38,947 bases of DNA from a virus (lineage: Duplodnaviria; Caudoviricetes), in IMG/VR virus record IMGVR_UViG_3300032024_000070, positions 1 to 38,947 of that record. The stretch is one strand, 5' to 3'. The notes under the pieces were generated by a model. It saw only the letters and a program-made list of their open reading frames with translations. It was not told the origin of the DNA and did no database searches. Shown here in pieces: positions 8,557 to 17,330 of this stretch. The first letter of the stretch is position 1; each line of letters begins with the position of its first letter. Both the position numbers and the translations under genes were made by a program.

Positions 8557-8609
8557 GAAATCCGCAACGTCCTCCGGATCACGCCACTGAAAATCCTTTC
8601 CAGCGGTGG
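8553..8609 (-). pseudogene. Possible C-terminal remnant of a convergent Fic-family gene
   Basis: Minus-strand PPLERIFSGVIRRTLRIS* resembles, from memory, Fic protein C-termini. Its stop overlaps the stop of the antitoxin-like ORF. Confidence 0.35.
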
Positions 8610-8637
8610 GACGTCAGGAAGGCATAGAATAATTTTC

Positions 8638-8670
8638 TTGACAAATTTGTTTTAATCTTGTAACTAGCTA
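8638..8670 (+). promoter_or_regulatory. Putative promoter of the head operon
   Basis: Perfect TTGACA at 8638-8643 in an AT-rich gap. The -10 is degenerate (TAACTA at 17-bp spacing). Confidence 0.45.
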
Positions 8671-8700
8671 TACAGAAGTCGCCAGGCTTACGGAACTACC

Positions 8701-8754
8701 GAACCCGGCGCATGGACAGGGCAACCTGTCTCATGTGTCCGGGTTTCCTATTTT
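8701..8754 (+). promoter_or_regulatory. Long leader hairpin (GCAA tetraloop) upstream of the portal
   Basis: AACCCGG-CGCATG-GACAGG-GCAA-CCTGTC-TCATGTGT-CCGGGTT followed by a U-rich tract. Confidence 0.6.
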
Positions 8755-10224
8755 GTGGCCGCATCGTGCAACGGAGGCGTCATTATCAACATTACGCAGG
8801 TTGCTCGTCCATCGTGGCCTACCCGTTTCTTCTCAGCCCTGACCGGCCCCGTCAAGACGCACGCCGTCACGCCACCAGCCCCCGATTCGCAACCGTCAAC
8901 GATCCCGTCACAGCTTCGCGGCGAAGTCAGTGTCGGCAGACAATCCCGATTTTTGCCACAAGTCGAACGCCCTGCGAATCCCGATGAACTTGTCGGGCGT
9001 AAGGGCTTGCCGATCTACACGAAGATGCAGACCGACGATGCGGTCAAGGCTGCCATGACGCTCAAGAAGCACGCCGTCATCTCAACCGGATGGGACATTG
9101 CGCCGGCCACGACGAAGCCGATCGACATCGAAGCCGCTGAATTCGTGAAATACACCTTCGAGCAGATGCAAGGCTCGCTTGATGAGGTGATGCTAGAGAT
9201 TCTGTCGGCGCTGCCATACGGCTTCTCACTATCGGAACTTATTTTCGCGCCGTTTGTGTCCGGTCAATTCTCCGGCAAGATCGGCCTCAAGGCGATTAAG
9301 TCGCGCCTACCTCACGGTTTCGCGTTCGTCGTTGATGCCCACGATAATCTGCTCGATGACGGCATCGAACAGTTCGGGCGACGGCTCCCGACGCAGAAAT
9401 TTATCCTATATTCCTACGACGGTGAACACGGCAACAAGTGGGGGCGCAGCGACTTGCGGGCGGCCTACGACCCATGGTGGATGAAGCAGCAGGTCTCGAA
9501 CTGGTGGGGCATCTTCATGGATCGGTACGGTATCCCGTTGGCCGAGGGTATAGTTCCGAGCCACGGCGGTGTGCCTGACGGCACCGTCGATGATGTGCGG
9601 GTTGCCCTTGACAACCTCCAGGCTGCGACATCGTTTGTTCACGGCGACGACATTACGCTGCAATTCCCGACCGTAAGCATCAACGGCCAAGGTGCCGTTA
9701 CCTTCGAGAGGGCGATCAATATCTCTGATATGCGGATAGCGAGAGCCTTGCTGCTGCCGAACCTCTTAGGCGTGTCTGCTACCGGCGACACCGGGAGCTT
9801 TGCTCAGGCCCGCAAGCAGTTCGATGTCTTTGTGCTGATTATCGAGAAGCTGCAACGCGACTTAGCCGAGGCGGTCATGGGTGAGCAGGTGATTAGACGG
9901 CTCATCGACCTGAATTACCAGGTTGAACGGTATCCAGCCTTCGTGTTCCTACCGTTCACCGAATCGAACAAGGCGCAACTCCTCGGACTCTGGTTTCAGG
10001 CGATCAAAACGCAGGCCGTCCATTCGCGGCCTGAAGACGAAGCCCATATTCGCATGATGACGGAGTTCCCGCCGGTGCCGTTCGAGGACTTGCCGAACCC
10101 GTTGCAACCGGACGAAATCACGGCCCCGCCGAAGACAGGGATGCCGGACGACGAAGACCTCGACGCGATTGTCGAACAGGTCTTAGCCGACTCGCAGCGA
10201 CACAGGGAGACCGTATGCCTCTAG
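8755..10224 (+). CDS. Portal protein (Mu gp29/DUF935 family); start uncertain
   Basis: About 489 aa. Motifs ILSALPYGFSLSELIF, NKWGRSDLRAAY, FMDRYGIP, GSFAQA and IRRLIDLNY. Confidence 0.88.
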   Translation: MAASCNGGVIINITQVARPSWPTRFFSALTGPVKTHAVTPPAPDSQPSTIPSQLRGEVSVGRQSRFLPQVERPANPDELVGRKGLPIYTKMQTDDAVKAAMTLKKHAVISTGWDIAPATTKPIDIEAAEFVKYTFEQMQGSLDEVMLEILSALPYGFSLSELIFAPFVSGQFSGKIGLKAIKSRLPHGFAFVVDAHDNLLDDGIEQFGRRLPTQKFILYSYDGEHGNKWGRSDLRAAYDPWWMKQQVSNWWGIFMDRYGIPLAEGIVPSHGGVPDGTVDDVRVALDNLQAATSFVHGDDITLQFPTVSINGQGAVTFERAINISDMRIARALLLPNLLGVSATGDTGSFAQARKQFDVFVLIIEKLQRDLAEAVMGEQVIRRLIDLNYQVERYPAFVFLPFTESNKAQLLGLWFQAIKTQAVHSRPEDEAHIRMMTEFPPVPFEDLPNPLQPDEITAPPKTGMPDDEDLDAIVEQVLADSQRHRETVCL

Positions 10225-11324
10225 CCACTCAGCGCCATTGGGTCGAGAGTACCGGCGCACTCCCGTGGTGGTACGTGTCACGGATGACCAATGGAGCAAC
10301 TCGTCATGCCGCCAAGCAAGGCAACGCCAAAAACCCCGCGTTCTCGCGGGATCTCCTCGACTACGAGAGCAAAGTCGATTTCGCGAACATCGTCAGCGAC
10401 CTCGACGACCTCGACGCCCAAAGCCGCGAGCGGATTCACGCGATTCTGGCAGGAGTGCAAGACAAGATTGTCGCATTGGTGTCCCGGAAACTGACAAGCG
10501 GCGAACTCACGACGAAGTTCGTCAACGATCTTGAGCTTCGCGGTGTCGGCCAACTCGTACCGACGCTTCGGGAAGTCCTGAGTGCTGCCTTCCGGCAAGG
10601 CCAACAGGCGATCAAGGCCGAGATCAAGAAGGGCTCCCAAGGTGTGACGCGCAATGCGACGGCTGAAGCGAAAGCCCTCGTTGAAGCACAGCCCGAATGG
10701 GATCATGCCCGCATCGTGACGGCGCTCAAGACCTACAAGGTCACGCATACACTCGAAGGCTTGCCGCCGGAGAAAGCCTTAGAATTCTTCGAGTCTAAGG
10801 CGACCTTGTGGGGCGCACAGATTCGAGACCCGTTACTCATCGAGATCAAGATGATCTTGTTTGACGCCATTAAAATGGGTACACCGCTCCGCGAGGTGCA
10901 GGCGAATCTTGCGCGGGCCTTCCTGCCGTGGCTCGGCGATCCGTCGCATATCATCGACGACAAGATACTTGAACCCTATCGGCTCGAAGCGATGATCCGA
11001 ACCAACACGATAGAAGCACTCAACGAAGGCAGAAAAGCGCAAGCGCAGCCGGAGGTTGAGTCGGGGTTTATAACGGGGTTTTTGTTTAGTGCCATAATTG
11101 ATACCAGGACTACCGAAGTTTGTAGGTATTTAGATGGAAAAATCTTCCGTCCGGGTAGTCCTGAACTCGACAGGTTGAGCGCACCACGTCATTTTTCCTG
11201 CCGCTCGATGTGGGTTCCCATCCTCCGCACCGAAGGCCCAGTCACCTACATTACGCCGTCACAAGTCGCAAAAGGTGTCGCATTGAGCGGCAAAGGATTT
11301 TGTCAGGAGCATGCACATGCCTAA
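10215..11324 (+). CDS. Head morphogenesis / minor head protein (Mu gpF / SPP1 gp7 family)
   Basis: RLEAMIRTN...A.NEGR, FSAIIDTRTTEVCRYLDG and PRHFSCRS. Directly follows the portal. Confidence 0.88.
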   Translation: MPLATQRHWVESTGALPWWYVSRMTNGATRHAAKQGNAKNPAFSRDLLDYESKVDFANIVSDLDDLDAQSRERIHAILAGVQDKIVALVSRKLTSGELTTKFVNDLELRGVGQLVPTLREVLSAAFRQGQQAIKAEIKKGSQGVTRNATAEAKALVEAQPEWDHARIVTALKTYKVTHTLEGLPPEKALEFFESKATLWGAQIRDPLLIEIKMILFDAIKMGTPLREVQANLARAFLPWLGDPSHIIDDKILEPYRLEAMIRTNTIEALNEGRKAQAQPEVESGFITGFLFSAIIDTRTTEVCRYLDGKIFRPGSPELDRLSAPRHFSCRSMWVPILRTEGPVTYITPSQVAKGVALSGKGFCQEHAHA

Positions 11325-12132
11325 CTTGGTAGATGTTGGCGTGACCTGTCGTACATCCGACGCAAATCCCTGGCTCTCCAGACTGCTTGCATCCCTCGAA
11401 TCCAAGTCTGCCGGGATGCTGGCTGACGTCTTCATCGAGAAGGGTGAGCAACTTACGAAGGTCGAGAAGCGTGTCCGGCTGTTCCGTCGGTCACAATCGC
11501 GATATCTTTTAATACTCGAAGATGACACAGAAATCTTGCATGATGGTTGGCTCGTGAATCTTATCGCCCGCATGTCGGCGTTCCCGAATATCGCGCTGTT
11601 GAATCCCGCCGAGACCAGGCATCCCGTTGAAGATGTGCCAGACGATGCGTTGAACGATCTCACACAGGAACTCTCGTATTGCTGCGGGTTCTGCATGGTC
11701 ATTGACAGGGACAGCGGTATTGAGCCGGATGTCCGAGTACAAACCCTCGATGATTTGTGGCTGAGCCTGGCAGCAAGGGCCAAGGGGTGGCGGTGTGCGA
11801 GGACTGAAGCCGCGATTATCCGGCACACGAAGACCCCGTGGGCATCGGATGACGTCTTGCCTGAAGATCAGACAGACCGGAGCCGATTCGGGGAAGGCCA
11901 CAGCTACTACGATTCCGGCAAACACACAGCGAAGCGGAAACAGGAAGCGAAGCTGATGATAGAGACCTTCGGCGATCTTGCCCGGATGACGCTGCCACCG
12001 GAACTAATCAAGGACCAGCGTATCGACCCGCTGTTTCACGGCCCTGCATATCAAGAGCGGGAGCATGGCATTCGAGCAACCATGAAGAACGGCGAACAAG
12101 AGTTAATAACCGCTAAACACGTTGGAGGGTAA
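11317..12132 (+). CDS. GT-A/GT2-like glycosyltransferase
   Basis: DVGVTC N-terminal strand, YLLILEDDTEI (DxD-like), GFCMVI and DDLWLSL.A...GW. AGGAG precedes the ATG at 11317. Confidence 0.7.
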   Translation: MPNLVDVGVTCRTSDANPWLSRLLASLESKSAGMLADVFIEKGEQLTKVEKRVRLFRRSQSRYLLILEDDTEILHDGWLVNLIARMSAFPNIALLNPAETRHPVEDVPDDALNDLTQELSYCCGFCMVIDRDSGIEPDVRVQTLDDLWLSLAARAKGWRCARTEAAIIRHTKTPWASDDVLPEDQTDRSRFGEGHSYYDSGKHTAKRKQEAKLMIETFGDLARMTLPPELIKDQRIDPLFHGPAYQEREHGIRATMKNGEQELITAKHVGG

Positions 12133-12137
12133 CAGGA

Positions 12138-12326
12138 ATGGCTGCTATTGCAGGAACCGTACATGAGAAGTGTGGTGGACGATTTGCGCGAACGATTATC
12201 AGCGGACAGCCTGCCGTGAAGTGTAACGGCTGTGGCTATACGAAGTACGCCGGGACGACCACAGACCGGGGCGTCAGAGTTCACAATCCTTGGGACGAGA
12301 CCGAGCGAGAGGCGAATCGAAGGTAA
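12138..12326 (+). CDS. Small Zn-ribbon-like protein
   Basis: HEKCGG...KCNGCGY; GGAGG upstream. Confidence 0.6.
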   Translation: MAAIAGTVHEKCGGRFARTIISGQPAVKCNGCGYTKYAGTTTDRGVRVHNPWDETEREANRR

Positions 12327-12410
12327 TGCGAATACCCGCTAAGCGATCTGTTGACAGCTCTACGGTTGTCGAAACCTCTGTGGCGCGGCCTGCCCGTTTG
12401 AAGGAGCACA

Positions 12411-13889
12411 ATGGGCGAGCCTGAAACCTACGAGCTGTTGGGGACGCAGATATTCGCGTCAGGAAAATGGAACGGGGATAATTACAACGAGGCCGATCTC
12501 GATGCGATGGTCGCGGCATTCAGTGAGGTCGGATTCAACCCGCCGCTGAAACTGGGCCATGACTCGTCGCAACCCCTCGCGAAGGCTGATGGGATGCCTG
12601 CGATAGGGTGGGTCAAGAACCTGCGGCGCGTTGGCAATACCCTTCTCGCCGACATGACCAATCTTCCGAAAAAGGTCTACGACGCGATCAAGCGAAAAAA
12701 CTATGATCGCGTATCGGCCGAGATTTACTGGGATTACGAGGCGAACGGGAAAAGGTGGCCGAGAGTCTTGAAGGCCCTGTCACTCCTTGGCGCGGAGATC
12801 CCCGCCGTCACCGACCTCGCGGCGCTCGCAACTCTCTATGACGCCAAAGGCTTGCCGTTCAAGCGGTACGACATGGGGATGATGGACTACCCATCGATGG
12901 CGACGCCCTACCCCTTGAAGGACAAGGCGACGGTGCATTACCGCACAGGCGAGGCGCAGGAGGGCGGATTGGCGTCCGTCTGCGGCAGTTGTCGGTTCTT
13001 CACGGGGCCGGCGGACCCTGATGGCGAAGGGCAGTATGTCTGCGGGTGCATGATTGTCAGCGGCCCGATTGCCAGCGGTCAGGTTTGCGATCTTTACGAG
13101 CCGAACGAAGCGTTTCAGTCGTTTATGACCAAAGCTGAACACGAGATGAAATTGACGAACGTCTCAGCCGACGCTGAGAAGTCAGATGCCTCAATGGCAA
13201 CAAAGGATATAGCCGTGGACGAGAACGAGAAGAAGATCGCCGAATTGACCGCGCAGCTAGCTGCTAGCGCCGTCGAGAAGACTGAAATCGAAAAGAAGTA
13301 CTCCGACGCTACCACGAAGGTCACGGAACTGAGCCAGAAACTCCCGGAGGCCGAGCAGAAACTGGCGACACTCGAAGCTGAGAAGGCCGAGCTGACCGAG
13401 AAGAACCGTGTCGCGGCGAAGCAGTCATGGTTTACGTCTATCACAACCTCGGACAATCTGAAGCTCATTCCTGCCGAGCGGGCAATCGCTGAGCACCTGT
13501 ACGATGTCCTCGACGGCGCACAGGTCAAAGCGTATGCGGCAGCGGATGGCAAGGACATGACGCACATCGAGGCGTTCAAGTCGCTCTTCGAGTCCCGGAA
13601 GCCGGGGACCCTGCTCTTCACTGAGTTGTCGGTCGGCAATGCAACCGTGACAGCCGGGTCGCCGGACGTCAAGCCGGAGATTGTCGGGATGGCACAGGCG
13701 AAGGACGAGGCTGTCAAGAGGGCGAAGCAGTACATGCAGGAGCACAGCGACACGACCTTTAAGTCGGCGCTCGAAAAGGTCTACGAGGCCGATCCTGGAT
13801 TGAAAGAGATGTCGGCTGGCATCACGTCGCAAGGCGAGGCCAAAGCTGACGCAGGCCGTTCCCACATGGAGCGATTGTTTCCTAGATAG
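12411..13889 (+). CDS. Prohead protease/scaffold (Mu gpI-like) with an internal HiPIP-like domain
   Basis: N-terminal IFASGKW...PLKLGH...AIGWV...YDRVSAEI...LSLLGAEIPAV; a 4-Cys insert; C-terminal coiled-coil scaffold. Confidence 0.85.
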   Translation: MGEPETYELLGTQIFASGKWNGDNYNEADLDAMVAAFSEVGFNPPLKLGHDSSQPLAKADGMPAIGWVKNLRRVGNTLLADMTNLPKKVYDAIKRKNYDRVSAEIYWDYEANGKRWPRVLKALSLLGAEIPAVTDLAALATLYDAKGLPFKRYDMGMMDYPSMATPYPLKDKATVHYRTGEAQEGGLASVCGSCRFFTGPADPDGEGQYVCGCMIVSGPIASGQVCDLYEPNEAFQSFMTKAEHEMKLTNVSADAEKSDASMATKDIAVDENEKKIAELTAQLAASAVEKTEIEKKYSDATTKVTELSQKLPEAEQKLATLEAEKAELTEKNRVAAKQSWFTSITTSDNLKLIPAERAIAEHLYDVLDGAQVKAYAAADGKDMTHIEAFKSLFESRKPGTLLFTELSVGNATVTAGSPDVKPEIVGMAQAKDEAVKRAKQYMQEHSDTTFKSALEKVYEADPGLKEMSAGITSQGEAKADAGRSHMERLFPR

Positions 13890-13895
13890 CATGAG

Positions 13896-13958
13896 AAGTT
13901 CGGTCTGCGTATCGTAGGCCGCGTACAACTTGGCCCCTGTTGCTCGTATCGAGCAGCA
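13896..13958 (+). other. Twin RNA hairpins with identical CG-UAU-CG tips
   Basis: CGGTCTGCG-TAT-CGTAGGCCG (13901-13921) and TGTTGCTCG-TAT-CGAGCAGCA (13938-13958). Both have 9-bp stems with G-U pairs. Confidence 0.6.
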
Positions 13959-14020
13959 TAGTAACGCGAAAAAGTATCAATCATGGATAGTGTGTGGCCG
14001 GGGTGCCTGATGGAAAGAAC

Positions 14021-14398
14021 ATGGCAGAGAGCATTGCAGGGATGCCGGAGTATACGGCAGTCAGTGAATGGGATTTGTCGAATGGGCAGTATCGCGGGGT
14101 GAGGGCGAGTCCGACCGTCGATAACGCCGTGCGCGTCGCGAGTTTGGTAGGCATAAACATTGTTGGGGTTACTCAGACCAAGGCCGCGTCTGGCCGGTCG
14201 ATTCGTGTTCGCATGTCCGGCATCACGAAGGCTATTGCTGGTGGCGCGATCACGAGGGGTGACAGGCTAGACTGCGACGCTCAGGGATATATGAGGACGG
14301 CAGTCAGCTCGAACTACGCGGGTATTGCCCGTGAGACCGTTGTAGCATCAGCAACGTTCAGCATGATTCTTAATCCTCAACTTGCAGGCGCCGTCTAA
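14021..14398 (+). CDS. Capsid cement/decoration protein (DUF2190-like)
   Basis: GITKAIAGGAITRGDRLDCDAQG...AGIARE; lies between scaffold and major capsid. Confidence 0.8.
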   Translation: MAESIAGMPEYTAVSEWDLSNGQYRGVRASPTVDNAVRVASLVGINIVGVTQTKAASGRSIRVRMSGITKAIAGGAITRGDRLDCDAQGYMRTAVSSNYAGIARETVVASATFSMILNPQLAGAV

Positions 14399-14424
14399 CC
14401 GGCGGGGAAAGGAGGACAATAATT

Positions 14425-15426
14425 ATGGGTGATCCACGATTGTCCGCCGTTTCCGCTGAGCGGCGGTATGCGGCAAGCGACACCGATTGGCACATCGACT
14501 CAGCCCTCGGCGAGATGTCGATTCAGTTCTACCTGGAGCCGAGCGAGTATCTCGGCCCGTCGATTCTGCCGGTCGTCACGGTTCCCCGGCAGTCCGATGT
14601 CTACCGGATTTGGGACAAGGACTACTGGTTCAAGATTCCAGACACCAACCGCGCTCCAGCGACGGCGGCGAATGTCGTCGAAACAGGCGTAAGCTCTGCG
14701 ACGTTCTACTGCAAGAATCATGCGCTCGCAGAGCCGATTGCCTACGAGTATCTGAGCAACGCCGATGAAGCTCTAGAGATGGAAGAGAGCACCGGGCGGC
14801 ATTTGATGCAGTTGATGATGCTCGCGCAGGAAAACCGGATTGCGGCGCTCCTGACGACCGCCGCGAACGTCGGCTCAGGCAATGCCTTGACCGGCACCGC
14901 GCAGTGGTCAGATCGAGCGAACAGCGACCCTGTGTCAGACGTCACGACCGGTCGGCTCTGGATTCACAAAGAGACCAGCATTCGACCAAGCACGATGGTA
15001 GTCGGCCAGGAAGTCCACGATTCCCTGCTGCTGCACCCGGACATGATCGATCGCATTAAGGGTGTGCAGGTCGCGAATCAGGCGAACATCGAGGCGAACC
15101 TTGCCGGATTCTTCGGTACGCAGAGGTATTTTGTCGGTGGCACCGTAAAGCAGAACGCCGCTGAAGGGCTGCCGACTTCTGCATCGAGTATGACCTTCAT
15201 CTGGGGCAAGAACGTCAGCCTGTTCCACGCGGCTGCGCGGCCCGGTCGTAACACGCCGTCAGGTGTCTACGCCTTCCGGTGGAAGCCCGCCGGATTCACC
15301 GATTTCGTGGTGGAGACCAAGGACGACGACAATATCAAGGCTCGAATCAAGCGGATCAACATGTTCCAGGACGAGAAGATCACCGCGAAGGAACTGACCT
15401 ATCTGTTGAGCACGGTTGTTGCGTAG
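14425..15426 (+). CDS. Major capsid protein (lambda gpE-like, HK97 fold)
   Basis: 333 aa, strong AAGGAGG RBS. Motifs ILPVVTV, QWSD..NSDPVSDV, RPSTMVVG and LLLHPD. Confidence 0.88.
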   Translation: MGDPRLSAVSAERRYAASDTDWHIDSALGEMSIQFYLEPSEYLGPSILPVVTVPRQSDVYRIWDKDYWFKIPDTNRAPATAANVVETGVSSATFYCKNHALAEPIAYEYLSNADEALEMEESTGRHLMQLMMLAQENRIAALLTTAANVGSGNALTGTAQWSDRANSDPVSDVTTGRLWIHKETSIRPSTMVVGQEVHDSLLLHPDMIDRIKGVQVANQANIEANLAGFFGTQRYFVGGTVKQNAAEGLPTSASSMTFIWGKNVSLFHAAARPGRNTPSGVYAFRWKPAGFTDFVVETKDDDNIKARIKRINMFQDEKITAKELTYLLSTVVA

Positions 15427-15451
15427 TCTCCCACACACGCTTTAGAGAGCG

Positions 15452-15504
15452 TGGGGCGAGTAGAAGGCGGTGGCTGAGGATAATCCCGGCCACCGCCCCT
15501 CGCC
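15452..15504 (+). other. GC-rich hairpin after the capsid gene (mRNA stabiliser or attenuator)
   Basis: GGCGAG..GGCGGTGGC...GCCACCGCC..CTCGCC inverted repeat with no U-tract. Confidence 0.5.
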
Positions 15505-15526
15505 GACACACAGATGGAGCAAGAAC

Positions 15527-15787
15527 ATGATGGCAATAGACAATGCGGTCAGAGCACGCGGCGACTGGTACGCGGCGCAGGATTTCAATTTCAGGAACCT
15601 GCGAATAGCAATAGGGGAAAAGTTGCCTCCTGCATGGCAGCAATCTGCGAACGTCAAATATCTCCAGCAACAGTACGGCACGGATTGTATCGTGCGAAAA
15701 AGTGATACGGAACGATCCGCCGAATTGACAGGCGGCGAGTCCGACATCGAGAAACCACGGCGAGGACGACCGCCAAAGGTACAGTAG
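15527..15787 (+). CDS. Hypothetical head-associated protein with C-terminal AT-hook-like motif
   Basis: ATG at 15527 after GGAG; ends KPRRGRPPK. Confidence 0.65.
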   Translation: MMAIDNAVRARGDWYAAQDFNFRNLRIAIGEKLPPAWQQSANVKYLQQQYGTDCIVRKSDTERSAELTGGESDIEKPRRGRPPKVQ

Positions 15788-15846
15788 AGTGTCAAACAGC
15801 TAGTCGCCCCACAGGGTTCTAGCAAAATGACCAAGGAGTATAGAAG

Positions 15847-16311
15847 GTGGGGATCGAAAAGATACGTCGAAAAGCATCCTTCCTTGATGGTGCCACGTTC
15901 ACCGGCTCAGTTGGTTTCAACGGCCAAGTCACCGTCAACACCGCGCAGACTTTCGGCGGGCCAGTTACCGTCAATGGGGTCATGACTTTCTCGAAGGCTC
16001 CAATTCTCAAGGTGCCTCCAATCTTTACGACCGCGTCAGCGGCCTATCAGATGGCCGGCATACTCAGGATTAACTCCGGGGCGGTATCGGCGACCGCTAG
16101 CACGACCGCGATTGGGTCTGGTGGGTTCCCGGTGCTTTCGCCCATTGCGCTTGGGGTAGGCGTCGCGTCATACAACCTGATCGGGCAGATTGTCGTTACG
16201 ACCATTGCTCAGGCAGCGTCAGGCGGCTACTTTAGCGTCGGCTACACTGGCACGCAGAACGGTTTGGCATTGAACGTCGATATCGGCTGGTTCATCATCA
16301 ACCCAGCGTAA
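15847..16311 (+). CDS. Putative virion decoration/head-fibre protein
   Basis: Beta-repeat N-terminus (TFTGSVGFNGQVTVN..TFGGPVTVNG); G/S/T/A-rich; AAGGAG RBS. Confidence 0.6.
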   Translation: MGIEKIRRKASFLDGATFTGSVGFNGQVTVNTAQTFGGPVTVNGVMTFSKAPILKVPPIFTTASAAYQMAGILRINSGAVSATASTTAIGSGGFPVLSPIALGVGVASYNLIGQIVVTTIAQAASGGYFSVGYTGTQNGLALNVDIGWFIINPA

Positions 16312-16322
16312 CGTGGTGAGAC

Positions 16323-16652
16323 ATGGCTGATTTATTCTATGTGTCAGTTCTCAGCGGACAGGCAGTCACCGGAGCGTTCGCTTTTGAACGTTCCGACCGC
16401 CCACTTATCGTTCACATCCCTAGTTTGTCAGCCGCAACAGAAGTCCGGCCCCAGTTCAGCGCAACCTCTGGCGGGCCGTTCTCTACGCTCATGCGTGACG
16501 ACGGCTCCGGGGCACCCTATGCCGTGCATAGTGGCGGCGGTCCGGGGTACGGCGTCATTCGGTCGGTGCCGTCACCCTGGGGACGGTTTACGTTTACAGG
16601 CAGTCAGAGCGACGTTCGGACATTGACGCTGTATCCAGGGCCGGCGCGGTAG
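16323..16652 (+). CDS. Hypothetical, probably structural beta-rich protein
   Basis: 109 aa, S/G/T-rich, in the structural operon. Confidence 0.6.
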   Translation: MADLFYVSVLSGQAVTGAFAFERSDRPLIVHIPSLSAATEVRPQFSATSGGPFSTLMRDDGSGAPYAVHSGGGPGYGVIRSVPSPWGRFTFTGSQSDVRTLTLYPGPAR

Positions 16653-16659
16653 ACAACAC

Positions 16660-17328
16660 ATGCCTCGATTAATCTGCCATAGGGGCTTCTGGTGGCCTGA
16701 TAGGCAGAGGCAAAATCACCCATCCGCGCTCAACGCCGCACTAGAGCGCGGATGGGATGTCGAGGTTGATGTCTGGCGGGCACACGGACAGATGCTCAAG
16801 GTGGGCCATGACCGGCCAGACTATGAATGGACATTGCCGTCGCCACAGATTGGGCCGGGAAGGTTGTTTCTACACCTCAAGGCGGCATCGATAGACGGGT
16901 ATCCGTGGTCAGTCGATATAGAAGCAGGGATTCAAGAGGTGATTGAGCTGGCGGGGTGGGGCGGCAGGGCGTCGGTATTTGTCAGCCCACACAGACAAGC
17001 CGTCCCGTCTACCTTGCCTTATGTGGATGTTGTGAAAGATCGTCTAGATTTGGGCTTTGTGACAGCGGGAGCTTCTGGAGTATGGGTAGAGCAACCCGAC
17101 GAAGACTGGATAACAGAAAGAGACATCAAGGCTTTCCATGATGATTTTCCAGATCACAGAGTGCCCATCTATGTCCTATCCCCGGAACTCCACGGACGCC
17201 AGGTGCATCTTGAGAATGTGATGCAATGGAAAGACGCGGATGGGATCGTGACGGACACTCCGCATCTTTTTGAACAGATATTCGACGACAACAATACTAT
17301 CGTGCATCCGCAAGGAATGTGGTGGTGA
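16660..17328 (+). CDS. GDPD/PI-PLC-like phosphodiesterase
   Basis: ICHRG, N...AL..A...GWDVEVDVW, GHD, FLHLK, VLSPELHGR and DGIVTD. Confidence 0.8.
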   Translation: MPRLICHRGFWWPDRQRQNHPSALNAALERGWDVEVDVWRAHGQMLKVGHDRPDYEWTLPSPQIGPGRLFLHLKAASIDGYPWSVDIEAGIQEVIELAGWGGRASVFVSPHRQAVPSTLPYVDVVKDRLDLGFVTAGASGVWVEQPDEDWITERDIKAFHDDFPDHRVPIYVLSPELHGRQVHLENVMQWKDADGIVTDTPHLFEQIFDDNNTIVHPQGMWW

Positions 17329-17330
17329 CG

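Noticed and set aside
12351-12385. TTGACA upstream of the protease as a sigma70 promoter
   Set aside because: No credible -10 at 16-18 bp, and the hexamer is part of a small hairpin.
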